Source: Auanema rhodensis
Taxonomy: Eukaryota > Animalia > Nematoda
Reading direction: 5' to 3'
DNA length: 64,000 bases
NCBI GenBank assembly: GCA_964057225.1
Contig: OZ059900.1
Coordinates: 22,816,001 to 22,880,000, forward strand
The notes below the pieces were generated by a model, which was given only the letters and a program-made list of their open reading frames with translations, was not told the origin of the DNA and did not search any database. Shown piece by piece: positions 51,801 to 64,000 of this stretch (positions are counted from its first letter, which is position 1; each line of letters starts with the position of its first letter). The translations under genes and the position numbers were made by a program.

Positions 51801-54800
51801 ATGTTCAAACTCATGCAATGTCAATGAAACCTAGCTCAAAATTGTTTGTACAACGTCTAGTTCCACTTTCACGACAAAAAAACAAGGGTTAGAAAATTAA
51901 GGAAATTAGCATATTCTGAGGGCACGCCCCTTATGGCTAATATTGATTAAATCGATTTTTGTTCATATGAGTCGTCAAATGCAACGAATTTCAGCGTGTT
52001 ACATACTTAAATGAAGTATTTTACATGCTGAACACTAGAAAAATACAAAAACACAGTATTTCCCAAGAGAAATATTTTATTATGCTGGAAAACCAGTTTT
52101 TGGAAATTTCGCTGTAAACAAGGTTTTGACTTACGATTTCATGTGTTCAAACTCATGCAATGTCAATGAAACCTAGCTCAAAATTGTTCCTACAACGTCT
52201 AGTTCCACTTTCACGACAAAAAACAGGGGTTAGAAAATTAAGGAAATTAGCATATTCTGAGGGCACGCCCCTTATGGCTAATATTGATTAAATCGATTTT
52301 TGTTCATATGAGTCGTCAAATGCAACGAATTTCAGCGTGTTACATACTAAAATGAAGCATTTTACATGCTGAACACTAAAAAAATACAAAAACACAGTAT
52401 TTCCCATGAGAAATATTTTATTATGCTGGAAAACCAGTTTTTGGAAATTTCGCTGTAAACAAGGTTTTGACTTACGATTTCATGTGTTCAAACTCATGCA
52501 ATGTCAATGAAACCTAGCTCAAAATTGTTCGTACAACGTCTAGTTCCACTTTCACGACAAAAAAACAGGGGTTAGAAAAATTAGGAAATTAGCATATTCT
52601 GAGGGCACGCCCCTTATGGCTAATATTGATTAAATCGATTTTTGTTCATATGAGTCGTCCAATGCAACGAATTTCAGCGTGTTACATACTAAAATGAAGT
52701 ATTTTACATGCTGAACACTAGAAAAATACAAAAACACAGTATTTCCCATGAGAAATATTTTATTATGCTGGAAAACCAGTTTTTGGAAATTTCGCTGTAA
52801 ACAAGGTTTTGACTTACGATTTCATATGTTCAAACTCATGCAATGTCAATGAAACCTAGCTCAAAATTGTTTGTACAACGTCTAGTTCCACTTTCACGAC
52901 AAAAAAACAAGGGTTAGAAAATTAAGGAAATTAGCATATTCTGAGGGCACGCCCCTTATGGCTAATATTGATTAAATCGATTTTTGTTCATATGAGTCGT
53001 CAAATGCAACGAATTTCAGCGTGTTACATACTTAAATGAAGTATTTTACATGCTGAACACTAGAAAAATACAAAAACACAGTATTTCCCAAGAGAAATAT
53101 TTTATTATGCTGGAAAACCAGTTTTTGGAAATTTCGCTGTAAACAAGGTTTTGACTTACGATTTCATGTGTTCAAACTCATGCAATGTCAATGAAACCTA
53201 GCTCAAAATTGTTCCTACAACGTCTAGTTCCACTTTCACGACAAAAAACAGGGGTTAGAAAATTAAGGAAATTAGCATATTCTGAGGGCACGCCCCTTAT
53301 GGCTAATATTGATTAAATCGATTTTTGTTCATATGAGTCGTCAAATGCAACGAATTTCAGCGTGTTACATACTAAAATGAAGCATTTTACATGCTGAACA
53401 CTAAAAAAATACAAAAACACAGTATTTCCCATGAGAAATATTTTATTATGCTGGAAAACCAGTTTTTGGAAATTTCGCTGTAAACAAGGTTTTGACTTAC
53501 GATTTCATGTGTTCAAACTCATGCAATGTCAATGAAACCTAGCTCAAAATTGTTCGTACAACGTCTAGTTCCACTTTCACGACAAAAAAACAGGGGTTAG
53601 AAAAATTAGGAAATTAGCATATTCTGAGGGCACGCCCCTTATGGCTAATATTGATTAAATCGATTTTTGTTCATATGAGTCGTCCAATGCAACGAATTTC
53701 AGCGTGTTACATACTAAAATGAAGTATTTTACATGCTGAACACTAGAAAAATACAAAAACACAGTATTTCCCATGAGAAATATTTTATTATGCTGGAAAA
53801 CCAGTTTTTGGAAATTTCGCTGTAAACAAGGTTTTGACTTACGATTTCATATGTTCAAACTCATGCAATGTCAATGAAACCTAGCTCAAAATTGTTTGTA
53901 CAACGTCTAGTTCCACTTTCACGACAAAAAAACAAGGGTTAGAAAATTAAGGAAATTAGCATATTCTGAGGGCACGCCCCTTATGGCTAATATTGATTAA
54001 ATCGATTTTTGTTCATATGAGTCGTCAAATGCAACGAATTTCAGCGTGTTACATACTTAAATGAAGTATTCTACATGCTGAACACTAGAAAAATACAAAA
54101 ACACAGTATTTCCCATGAGAAATATTTTATTATGCTGGAAAACCAGTTTTTGGAAATTTCGCTGTAAACAAGGTTTTGACTTACGATTTCATGTGTTCAA
54201 ACTCATGCAATGTCAATGAAACCTAGCTCAAAATTGTTCCTACAACGTCTAGTTCCACTTTCACGACAAAAAACAGGGGTTAGAAAATTAAGGAAATTAG
54301 CATATTCTGAGGGCACGCCCCTTATGGCTAATATTGATTAAATCGATTTTTGTTCATATGAGTCGTCAAATGCAACGAATTTCAGCGTGTTACATACTAG
54401 AATGAAGCATTTTACATGCTGAACACTAGAAAAATACAAAAACACAGTATTTCTCATGAGAAATATTTTATTATGCTGGAAAACCAGTTTTTGGAAATTT
54501 CGCTGTAAACAAGGTTTTGGCTTACGATTTCATGTGTTCAAACTCATGCAATGTCAATGAAACCTAGCTCAAAATTGTTCCTACAACGTCTAGTTCCACT
54601 TTCACGACAAAAAAACAGGGGTTAGAAAATTTAGGAAATTAGCATATTCTGAGGGCACGCCCCTTATGGCTAATATTGATTAAATCGATTTTTGTTCATA
54701 TGAGTCGTCAAATGCAACGAATTTCAGCGTGTTACATACTTAAATGAAGTATTTTACATGCTGAACACTAGAAAAATACAAAAACACAGTATTTCCCATG

Positions 54801-56975
54801 AGAAATATTTTATTATGCTGGAAAACCAGTTTTTGGAAATTTCGCCGTAAACAAGGTTTTGACTTACGATTTCATGTGTTCAAACTCATGCAATGTCAAT
54901 GAAACCTAGCTCAAAACTGTTCCTACAACGTCTAGTTCCACTTTCACGACAAAAAACAGGGGTTAGAAAATTAAGGAAATTAGCATATTCTGAGGGCACG
55001 CCCCTTATGGCTAATATTGATTAAATCGATTTTTGTTCATATGAGTCGTCAAATGCAACGAATTTCAGCGTGTTACATACTAAAATGAAGCATTTTACAT
55101 GCTGAACACTAGAAAAATACAAAAACACAGTTTTTCCCATGAGAAATATTTTATTATGCTGGAAAACCAGTTTTTGGAAATTTCGCTGTAAACAAGGTTT
55201 TGACTTACGATTTCATGTGTTCAAACTCATGCAATGTCAATGAAACCTAGCTCAAAATTGTTTGTACAACGTCTAGTTCCACTTTCACGACAAAAAAACA
55301 GGGGTTAGAAAATTAAGGAAATTAGCATATTCTGAGGGCACGCCCCTTATGGCTAATATTGATTAAATCGATTTTTGTTCATATGAGTCGTCAAATGCAA
55401 CGAATTTCAGCGTGTTACATACTAAAATGAAGCATTTTACATGCTGAACACTAGAAAAATACAAAAACACAGTATTTCTCATGAGAAATATTTTATTATG
55501 CTGAAAAACCAGTTTTTGGAAATTTCGCTGTAAACAAGGTTTTGACTTACGATTTCATGTGTTCAAACTCATGCAATGTCAATGAAACCTAGCTCAAAAT
55601 TGTTTGTACAACGTCTAGTTCCACTTTCACGACAAAAAAACAGGGGTTAGAAAATTAAGGAAATTAGCATATTCTGAGGGCACGCCCCTTATGGCTAATA
55701 TTGATTAAATCGATTTTTGTTCATATGAGTCGTCAAATGCAACGAATTTCAGCGTGTTACATACTAAAATGAAGCATTTTACATGCTGAACACTAAAAAA
55801 ATACAAAAACACAGTATTTCCCATGAGAAATATTTTATTATGCTGGAAAACCAGTTTTTGGAAATTTCGCTGTAAACAAGGTTTTGACTTACGATTTCAT
55901 GTGTTCAAACTCATGCAATGTCAATGAAACCTAGCTCAAAATTGTTTGTACAACGTCTAGTTCCACTTTCACGACAAAAAACAGGGGTTAGAAAATTAAG
56001 GAAATTAGCATATTCTGAGGGCACGCCCCTTATGGCTAATATTGATTAAATCGATTTTTGTTCATATGAGTCGTCAAATGCAACGAATTTCAGCGTGTTA
56101 CATACTAAAATGAAGCATTTTACATGCTGAACACTAGAAAAATACAAAAACACAGTATTTCTCATGAGAAATATTTTATTATGCTGGAAAACCAGTTTTT
56201 GGAAATTTCGCTGTAAACAAGGTTTTGACTTACGATTTCATATGTTCAAACTCATGCAATGTCAATGAAACCTAGCTCAAAATTGTTTGTACAACGTCTA
56301 GTTCCACTTTCACGACAAAAAAACAAGGGTTAGAAAATTAAGGAAATTAGCATATTCTGAGGGCACGCCCCTTATGGCTAATATTGATTAAATCGATTTT
56401 TGTTCATATGAGTCGTCAAATGCAACAAATTTCAGCGTGTTACATACTAAAATGAAGCATTTTACATGCTGAACACTAAAAAAATACAAAAACACAGTAT
56501 TTCCCATGAGAAATATTTTATTATGCTGGAAAACCAGTTTTTGGAAATTTCGCTGTAAACAAGGTTTTGACTTACGATTTCATGTGTTCAAACTCATGCA
56601 ATGTCAATGAAACCTAGCTCAAAATTGTTCGTACAACGTCTAGTTCCACTTTCACGACAAAAAAACAGGGGTTAGAAAAATTAGGAAATTAGCATATTCT
56701 GAGGGCACGCCCCTTATGGCTAATATTGATTAAATCGATTTTTGTTCATATGAGTCGTCCAATGCAACGAATTTCAGCGTGTTACATACTAAAATGAAGT
56801 ATTTTACATGCTGAACACTAGAAAAATACAAAAACACAGTATTTCCCATGAGAAATATTTTATTATGCTGGAAAACCAGTTTTTGGAAATTTCGCTGTAA
56901 ACAAGGTTTTGGCTTACGATTTCATGTGTTCAAACTCATGCAATGTCAATGAAACCTAGCTCAAAATTGTTCCTA
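36815..56975. repeat. Large tandem duplication: 28-monomer block (about 36815-46382) followed by a 31-monomer copy (about 46383-56975)
   Basis: Offset is 9568 for variants at 36980/46548, 37543/47111, 41521/51089 and ORFs 40250/49818. Offset is 10593 for 43478/54071, 43807/54400 and 45834/56427. Confidence 0.92.
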
Positions 56976-57349
56976 CAACGTCTAGTTCCACTTTCACGAC
57001 AAAAAAACAGGGGTTAGAAAATTTAGGAAATTAGCATATTCTGAGGGCACGCCCCTTATGGCTAATATTGATTAAATCGATTTTTGTTCATATGAGTCGT
57101 CAAATGCAACGAATTTCAGCGTGTTACATACTTAAATGAAGTATTTTACATGCTGAACACTAGAAAAATACAAAAACACAGTATTTCCCATGAGAAATAT
57201 TTTATTATGCTGGAAAACCAGTTTTTGGAAATTTCGCCGTAAACAAGGTTTTGACTTACGATTTCATGTGTTCAAACTCATGCAATGTCAATGAAACCTA
57301 GCTCAAAACTGTTCCTACAACGTCTAGTTCCACTTTCACGACAAAAAAC

Positions 57350-60300
57350 AGGGGTTAGAAAATTAAGGAAATTAGCATATTCTGAGGGCACGCCCCTTAT
57401 GGCTAATATTGATTAAATCGATTTTTGTTCATATGAGTCGTCAAATGCAACGAATTTCAGCGTGTTACATACTAAAATGAAGCATTTTACATGCTGAACA
57501 CTAGAAAAATACAAAAACACAGTTTTTCCCATGAGAAATATTTTATTATGCTGGAAAACCAGTTTTTGGAAATTTCGCTGTAAACAAGGTTTTGACTTAC
57601 GATTTCATGTGTTCAAACTCATGCAATGTCAATGAAACCTAGCTCAAAATTGTTTGTACAACGTCTAGTTCCACTTTCACGACAAAAAAACAGGGGTTAG
57701 AAAATTAAGGAAATTAGCATATTCTGAGGGCACGCCCCTTATGGCTAATATTGATTAAATCGATTTTTGTTCATATGAGTCGTCAAATGCAACGAATTTC
57801 AGCGTGTTACATACTTAAATGAAGTATTTTACATGCTGAACACTAGAAAAATACAAAAACACAGTATTTCCCAAGAGAAATATTTTATTATGCTGGAAAA
57901 CCAGTTTTTGGAAATTTCGCTGTAAACAAGGTTTTGACTTACGATTTCATGTGTTCAAACTCATGCAATGTCAATGAAACCTAGCTCAAAATTGTTCCTA
58001 CAACGTCTAGTTCCACTTTCACGACAAAAAGAGGGGTTAGAAAATTAAGGAAATTAGCATATTCTGAGGGCACGCCCCTTATGGCTAATATTGATTAAAT
58101 CGATTTTTGTTCATATGAGTCGTCAAATGCAACGAATTTCAGCGTGTTACATACTAAAATGAAGCATTTTACATGCTGAACACTAAAAAAATACAAAAAC
58201 ACAGTATTTCCCATGAGAAATATTTTATTATGCTGGAAAACCAGTTTTTGGAAATTTCGCTGTAAACAAGGTTTTGACTTACGATTTCATGTGTTCAAAC
58301 TCATGCAATGTCAATGAAACCTAGCTCAAAATTGTTCGTACAACGTCTAGTTCCACTTTCACGACAAAAAAACAGGGGTTAGAAAAATTAGGAAATTAGC
58401 ATATTCTGAGGGCACGCCCCTTATGGCTAATATTGATTAAATCGATTTTTGTTCATATGAGTCGTCCAATGCAACGAATTTCAGCGTGTTACATACTAAA
58501 ATGAAGTATTTTACATGCTGAACACTAGAAAAATACAAAAACACAGTATTTCCCATGAGAAATATTTTATTATGCTGGAAAACCAGTTTTTGGAAATTTC
58601 GCTGTAAACAAGGTTTTGACTTACGATTTCATATGTTCAAACTCATGCAATGTCAATGAAACCTAGCTCAAAATTGTTTGTACAACGTCTAGTTCCACTT
58701 TCACGACAAAAAACAGGGGTTAGAAAATTAAGGAAATTAGCATATTCTGAGGGCACGCCCCTTATGGCTAATATTGATTAAATCGATTTTTGTTCATATG
58801 AGTCGTCAAATGCAACGAATTTCAGCGTGTTACATACTAAAATGAAGCATTTTACATGCTGAACACTAGAAAAATACAAAAACACAGTTTTTCCCATGAG
58901 AAATATTTTATTATGCTGGAAAACCAGTTTTTGGAAATTTCGCTGTAAACAAGGTTTTGACTTACGATTTCATGTGTTCAAACTCATGCAATGTCAATGA
59001 AACCTAGCTCAAAATTGTTTGTACAACGTCTAGTTCCACTTTCACGACAAAAAAACAGGGGTTAGAAAATTAAGGAAATTAGCATATTCTGAGGGCACGC
59101 CCCTTATGGCTAATATTGATTAAATCGATTTTTGTTCATATGAGTCGTCAAATGCAACGAATTTCAGCGTGTTACATACTTAAATGAAGTATTTTACATG
59201 CTGAACACTAGAAAAATACAAAAACACAGTATTTCCCAAGAGAAATATTTTATTATGCTGGAAAACCAGTTTTTGGAAATTTCGCTGTAAACAAGGTTTT
59301 GACTTACGATTTCATGTGTTCAAACTCATGCAATGTCAATGAAACCTAGCTCAAAATTGTTCCTACAACGTCTAGTTCCACTTTCACGACAAAAAGAGGG
59401 GTTAGAAAATTAAGGAAATTAGCATATTCTGAGGGCACGCCCCTTATGGCTAATATTGATTAAATCGATTTTTGTTCATATGAGTCGTCAAATGCAACGA
59501 ATTTCAGCGTGTTACATACTAAAATGAAGCATTTTACATGCTGAACACTAAAAAAATACAAAAACACAGTATTTCCCATGAGAAATATTTTATTATGCTG
59601 GAAAACCAGTTTTTGGAAATTTCGCTGTAAACAAGGTTTTGACTTACGATTTCATGTGTTCAAACTCATGCAATGTCAATGAAACCTAGCTCAAAATTGT
59701 TCGTACAACGTCTAGTTCCACTTTCACGACAAAAAAACAGGGGTTAGAAAAATTAGGAAATTAGCATATTCTGAGGGCACGCCCCTTATGGCTAATATTG
59801 ATTAAATCGATTTTTGTTCATATGAGTCGTCCAATGCAACGAATTTCAGCGTGTTACATACTAAAATGAAGTATTTTACATGCTGAACACTAGAAAAATA
59901 CAAAAACACAGTATTTCCCATGAGAAATATTTTATTATGCTGGAAAACCAGTTTTTGGAAATTTCGCTGTAAACAAGGTTTTGACTTACGATTTCATATG
60001 TTCAAACTCATGCAATGTCAATGAAACCTAGCTCAAAATTGTTTGTACAACGTCTAGTTCCACTTTCACGACAAAAAACAGGGGTTAGAAAATTAAGGAA
60101 ATTAGCATATTCTGAGGGCACGCCCCTTATGGCTAATATTGATTAAATCGATTTTTGTTCATATGAGTCGTCAAATGCAACGAATTTCAGCGTGTTACAT
60201 ACTAAAATGAAGCATTTTACATGCTGAACACTAGAAAAATACAAAAACACAGTATTTCTCATGAGAAATATTTTATTATGCTGGAAAACCAGTTTTTGGA

Positions 60301-62500
60301 AATTTCGCTGTAAACAAGGTTTTGGCTTACGATTTCATGTGTTCAAACTCATGCAATGTCAATGAAACCTAGCTCAAAATTGTTCCTACAACGTCTAGTT
60401 CCACTTTCACGACAAAAAAACAGGGGTTAGAAAATTTAGGAAATTAGCATATTCTGAGGGCACGCCCCTTATGGCTAATATTGATTAAATCGATTTTTGT
60501 TCATATGAGTCGTCAAATGCAACGAATTTCAGCGTGTTACATACTTAAATGAAGTATTTTACATGCTGAACACTAGAAAAATACAAAAACACAGTATTTC
60601 CCATGAGAAATATTTTATTATGCTGGAAAACCAGTTTTTGGAAATTTCGCCGTAAACAAGGTTTTGACTTACGAGTTCATGTGTTCAAACTCATGCAATG
60701 TCAATGAAACCTAGCTCAAAACTGTTCCTACAACGTCTAGTTCCACTTTCACGACAAAAAACAGGGGTTAGAAAATTAAGGAAATTAGCATATTCTGAGG
60801 GCACGCCCCTTATGGCTAATATTGATTAAATCGATTTTTGTTCATATGAGTCGTCAAATGCAACGAATTTCAGCGTGTTACATACTAAAATGAAGCATTT
60901 TACATGCTGAACACTAGAAAAATACAAAAACACAGTATTTCTCATGAGAAATATTTTATTATGCTGAAAAACCAGTTTTTGGAAATTTCGCTGTAAACAA
61001 GGTTTTGACTTACGATTTCATGTGTTCAAACTCATGCAATGTCAATGAAACCTAGCTCAAAATTGTTTGTACAACGTCTAGTTCCACTTTCACGACAAAA
61101 AAACAGGGGTTAGAAAATTAAGGAAATTAGCATATTCTGAGGGCACGCCCCTTATGGCTAATATTGATTAAATCGATTTTTGTTCATATGAGTCGTCAAA
61201 TGCAACGAATTTCAGCGTGTTACATACTTAAATGAAGTATTCTACATGCTGAACACTAGAAAAATACAAAAACACAGTATTTCCCATGAGAAATATTTTA
61301 TTATGCTGGAAAACCAGTTTTTGGAAATTTCGCTGTAAACAAGGTTTTGACTTACGATTTCATGTGTTCAAACTCATGCAATGTCAATGAAACCTAGCTC
61401 AAAATTGTTCCTACAACGTCTAGTTCCACTTTCACGACAAAAAACAGGGGTTAGAAAATTAAGGAAATTAGCATATTCTGAGGGCACGCCCCTTATGGCT
61501 AATATTGATTAAATCGATTTTTGTTCATATGAGTCGTCAAATGCAACGAATTTCAGCGTGTTACATACTAAAATGAAGCATTTTACATGCTGAACACTAG
61601 AAAAATACAAAAACACAGTATTTCTCATGAGAAATATTTTATTATGCTGGAAAACCAGTTTTTGGAAATTTCGCTGTAAACAAGGTTTTGGCTTACGATT
61701 TCATGTGTTCAAACTCATGCAATGTCAATGAAACCTAGCTCAAAATTGTTCCTACAACGTCTAGTTCCACTTTCACGACAAAAAAACAGGGGTTAGAAAA
61801 TTTAGGAAATTAGCATATTCTGAGGGCACGCCCCTTATGGCTAATATTGATTAAATCGATTTTTGTTCATATGAGTCGTCAAATGCAACGAATTTCAGCG
61901 TGTTACATACTTAAATGAAGTATTTTACATGCTGAACACTAGAAAAATACAAAAACACAGTATTTCCCATGAGAAATATTTTATTATGCTGGAAAACCAG
62001 TTTTTGGAAATTTCGCCGTAAACAAGGTTTTGACTTACGAGTTCATGTGTTCAAACTCATGCAATGTCAATGAAACCTAGCTCAAAACTGTTCCTACAAC
62101 GTCTAGTTCCACTTTCACGACAAAAAACAGGGGTTAGAAAATTAAGGAAATTAGCATATTCTGAGGGCACGCCCCTTATGGCTAATATTGATTAAATCGA
62201 TTTTTGTTCATATGAGTCGTCAAATGCAACGAATTTCAGCGTGTTACATACTAAAATGAAGCATTTTACATGCTGAACACTAGAAAAATACAAAAACACA
62301 GTATTTCTCATGAGAAATATTTTATTATGCTGAAAAACCAGTTTTTGGAAATTTCGCTGTAAACAAGGTTTTGACTTACGATTTCATGTGTTCAAACTCA
62401 TGCAATGTCAATGAAACCTAGCTCAAAATTGTTTGTACAACGTCTAGTTCCACTTTCACGACAAAAAAACAGGGGTTAGAAAATTAAGGAAATTAGCATA
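57350..62500. repeat. Two local 4-monomer-offset duplications
   Basis: aaaaagagggg at 58031/59396 (1365 bp); acgagttcat at 60675/62041 (1366 bp). Confidence 0.8.
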
Positions 62501-64000
62501 TTCTGAGGGCACGCCCCTTATGGCTAATATTGATTAAATCGATTTTTGTTCATATGAGTCGTCAAATGCAACGAATTTCAGCGTGTTACATACTAAAATG
62601 AAGCATTTTACATGCTGAACACTAAAAAAATACAAAAACACAGTATTTCCCATGAGAAATATTTTATTATGCTGGAAAACCAGTTTTTGGAAATTTCGCT
62701 GTAAACAAGGTTTTGACTTACGATTTCATGTGTTCAAACTCATGCAATGTCAATGAAACCTAGCTCAAAATTGTTCGTACAACGTCTAGTTCCACTTTCA
62801 CGACAAAAAAACAGGGGTTAGAAAAATTAGGAAGTTAGCATATTCTGAGGGCACGCCCCTTATGGCTAATATTGATTAAATCGATTTTTGTTCATATGAG
62901 TCGTCCAATGCAACGAATTTCAGCGTGTTACATACTAAAATGAAGTATTTTACATGCTGAACACTAGAAAAATACAAAAACACAGTATTTCCCATGAGAA
63001 ATATTTTATTATGCTGGAAAACCAGTTTTTGGAAATTTCGCTGTAAACAAGGTTTTGACTTACGATTTCATATGTTCAAACTCATGCAATGTCAATGAAA
63101 CCTAGCTCAAAATTGTTTGTACAACGTCTAGTTCCACTTTCACGACAAAAAAACAAGGGTTAGAAAATTAAGGAAATTAGCATATTCTGAGGGCACGCCC
63201 CTTATGGCTAATATTGATTAAATCGATTTTTGTTCATATGAGTCGTCAAATGCAACGAATTTCAGCGTGTTACATACTTAAATGAAGTATTCTACATGCT
63301 GAACACTAGAAAAATACAAAAACACAGTATTTCCCATGAGAAATATTTTATTATGCTGGAAAACCAGTTTTTGGAAATTTCGCTGTAAACAAGGTTTTGA
63401 CTTACGATTTCATGTGTTCAAACTCATGCAATGTCAATGAAACCTAGCTCAAAATTGTTCCTACAACGTCTAGTTCCACTTTCACGACAAAAAACAGGGG
63501 TTAGAAAATTAAGGAAATTAGCATATTCTGAGGGCACGCCCCTTATGGCTAATATTGATTAAATCGATTTTTGTTCATATGAGTCGTCAAATGCAACGAA
63601 TTTCAGCGTGTTACATACTTAAATGAAGTATTTTACATGCTGAACACTAGAAAAATACAAAAACACAGTATTTCCCATGAGAAATATTTTATTATGCTGG
63701 AAAACCAGTTTTTGGAAATTTCGCTGTAAACAAGGTTTTGGCTTACGATTTCATGTGTTCAAACTCATGCAATGTCAATGAAACCTAGCTCAAAATTGTT
63801 CCTACAACGTCTAGTTCCACTTTCACGACAAAAAAACAGGGGTTAGAAAATTTAGGAAATTAGCATATTCTGAGGGCACGCCCCTTATGGCTAATATTGA
63901 TTAAATCGATTTTTGTTCATATGAGTCGTCAAATGCAACGAATTTCAGCGTGTTACATACTTAAATGAAGTATTTTACATGCTGAACACTAGAAAAATAC

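Larger units (their letters stand above)
1..64000. repeat. Tandem satellite DNA array, 341-342 bp monomer, about 186 copies, single orientation, running off both window ends
   Basis: The motif tgttcatatgag recurs at 1, 342, 684 and onward with a 341-342 bp period to the end of the window. Monomers differ by a few substitutions and 1-bp indels in homopolymers (acA6/A7cagggg; aaggT3/T4gac). No non-repeat sequence is seen. Confidence 0.99.
28700..64000. repeat. Right satellite sub-family domain
   Basis: Carries variants ctcttgca, caaccaat, ttgtaaaac, taattttga, catatgttc, gtccaatg, aaaaattagg, acaagggtt, ttggctta, tcgccgta and aaaactgtt, which I do not see in the first 24.9 kb. Confidence 0.85.

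Noticed and set aside
1-64000. CRISPR array
   Set aside because: There are no unique spacers: the entire 342-bp unit repeats. No cas genes or leader are present.
1-64000. Tandem 5S rRNA, tRNA, snRNA or spliced-leader gene array
   Set aside because: No recognisable 5S, tRNA cloverleaf, A/B box or snRNA sequence in the monomer on either strand. An Rfam/Infernal search would settle it.
1-64000. Assignment to a named species or satellite family on monomer length
   Set aside because: Satellites of about 340-360 bp occur in many unrelated taxa. Length alone is not diagnostic and I cannot verify sequence identity without a search.

Overview
The whole 64 kb window is one uninterrupted head-to-tail satellite DNA array. 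It holds about 186 copies of a 341-342 bp AT-rich monomer (about 34% GC by hand count of monomer 1), all in the same orientation and differing at only a few positions each. I see no unique sequence, credible gene, RNA gene, transposon insertion, inversion or CRISPR spacer. The ORF-track entries are by-products of monomer variants that remove a stop codon. The pattern fits eukaryotic (peri)centromeric or heterochromatic satellite, but I cannot name the organism or family from the sequence. The informative structure lies in the variant pattern. (1) Two sub-family domains (about 1-24.9 kb and 28.7-64 kb) carry largely separate diagnostic variants, with a singleton-rich transition zone between them. 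(2) A 405-bp monomer with an exact 63-bp internal duplication occurs six times, only in the left domain. (3) Block duplications are nested and irregular, spanning 1, 3, 4, 7, 9, 10 and 28/31 monomers, and include a near-identical tandem duplication of about 10 kb. (4) The monomer is rich in dyad symmetry, including a polymorphic perfect 18-bp palindrome and two larger stem-loops. I did not find a novel gene-encoded system. Variant positions were read by eye, so absence claims and block edges are approximate.
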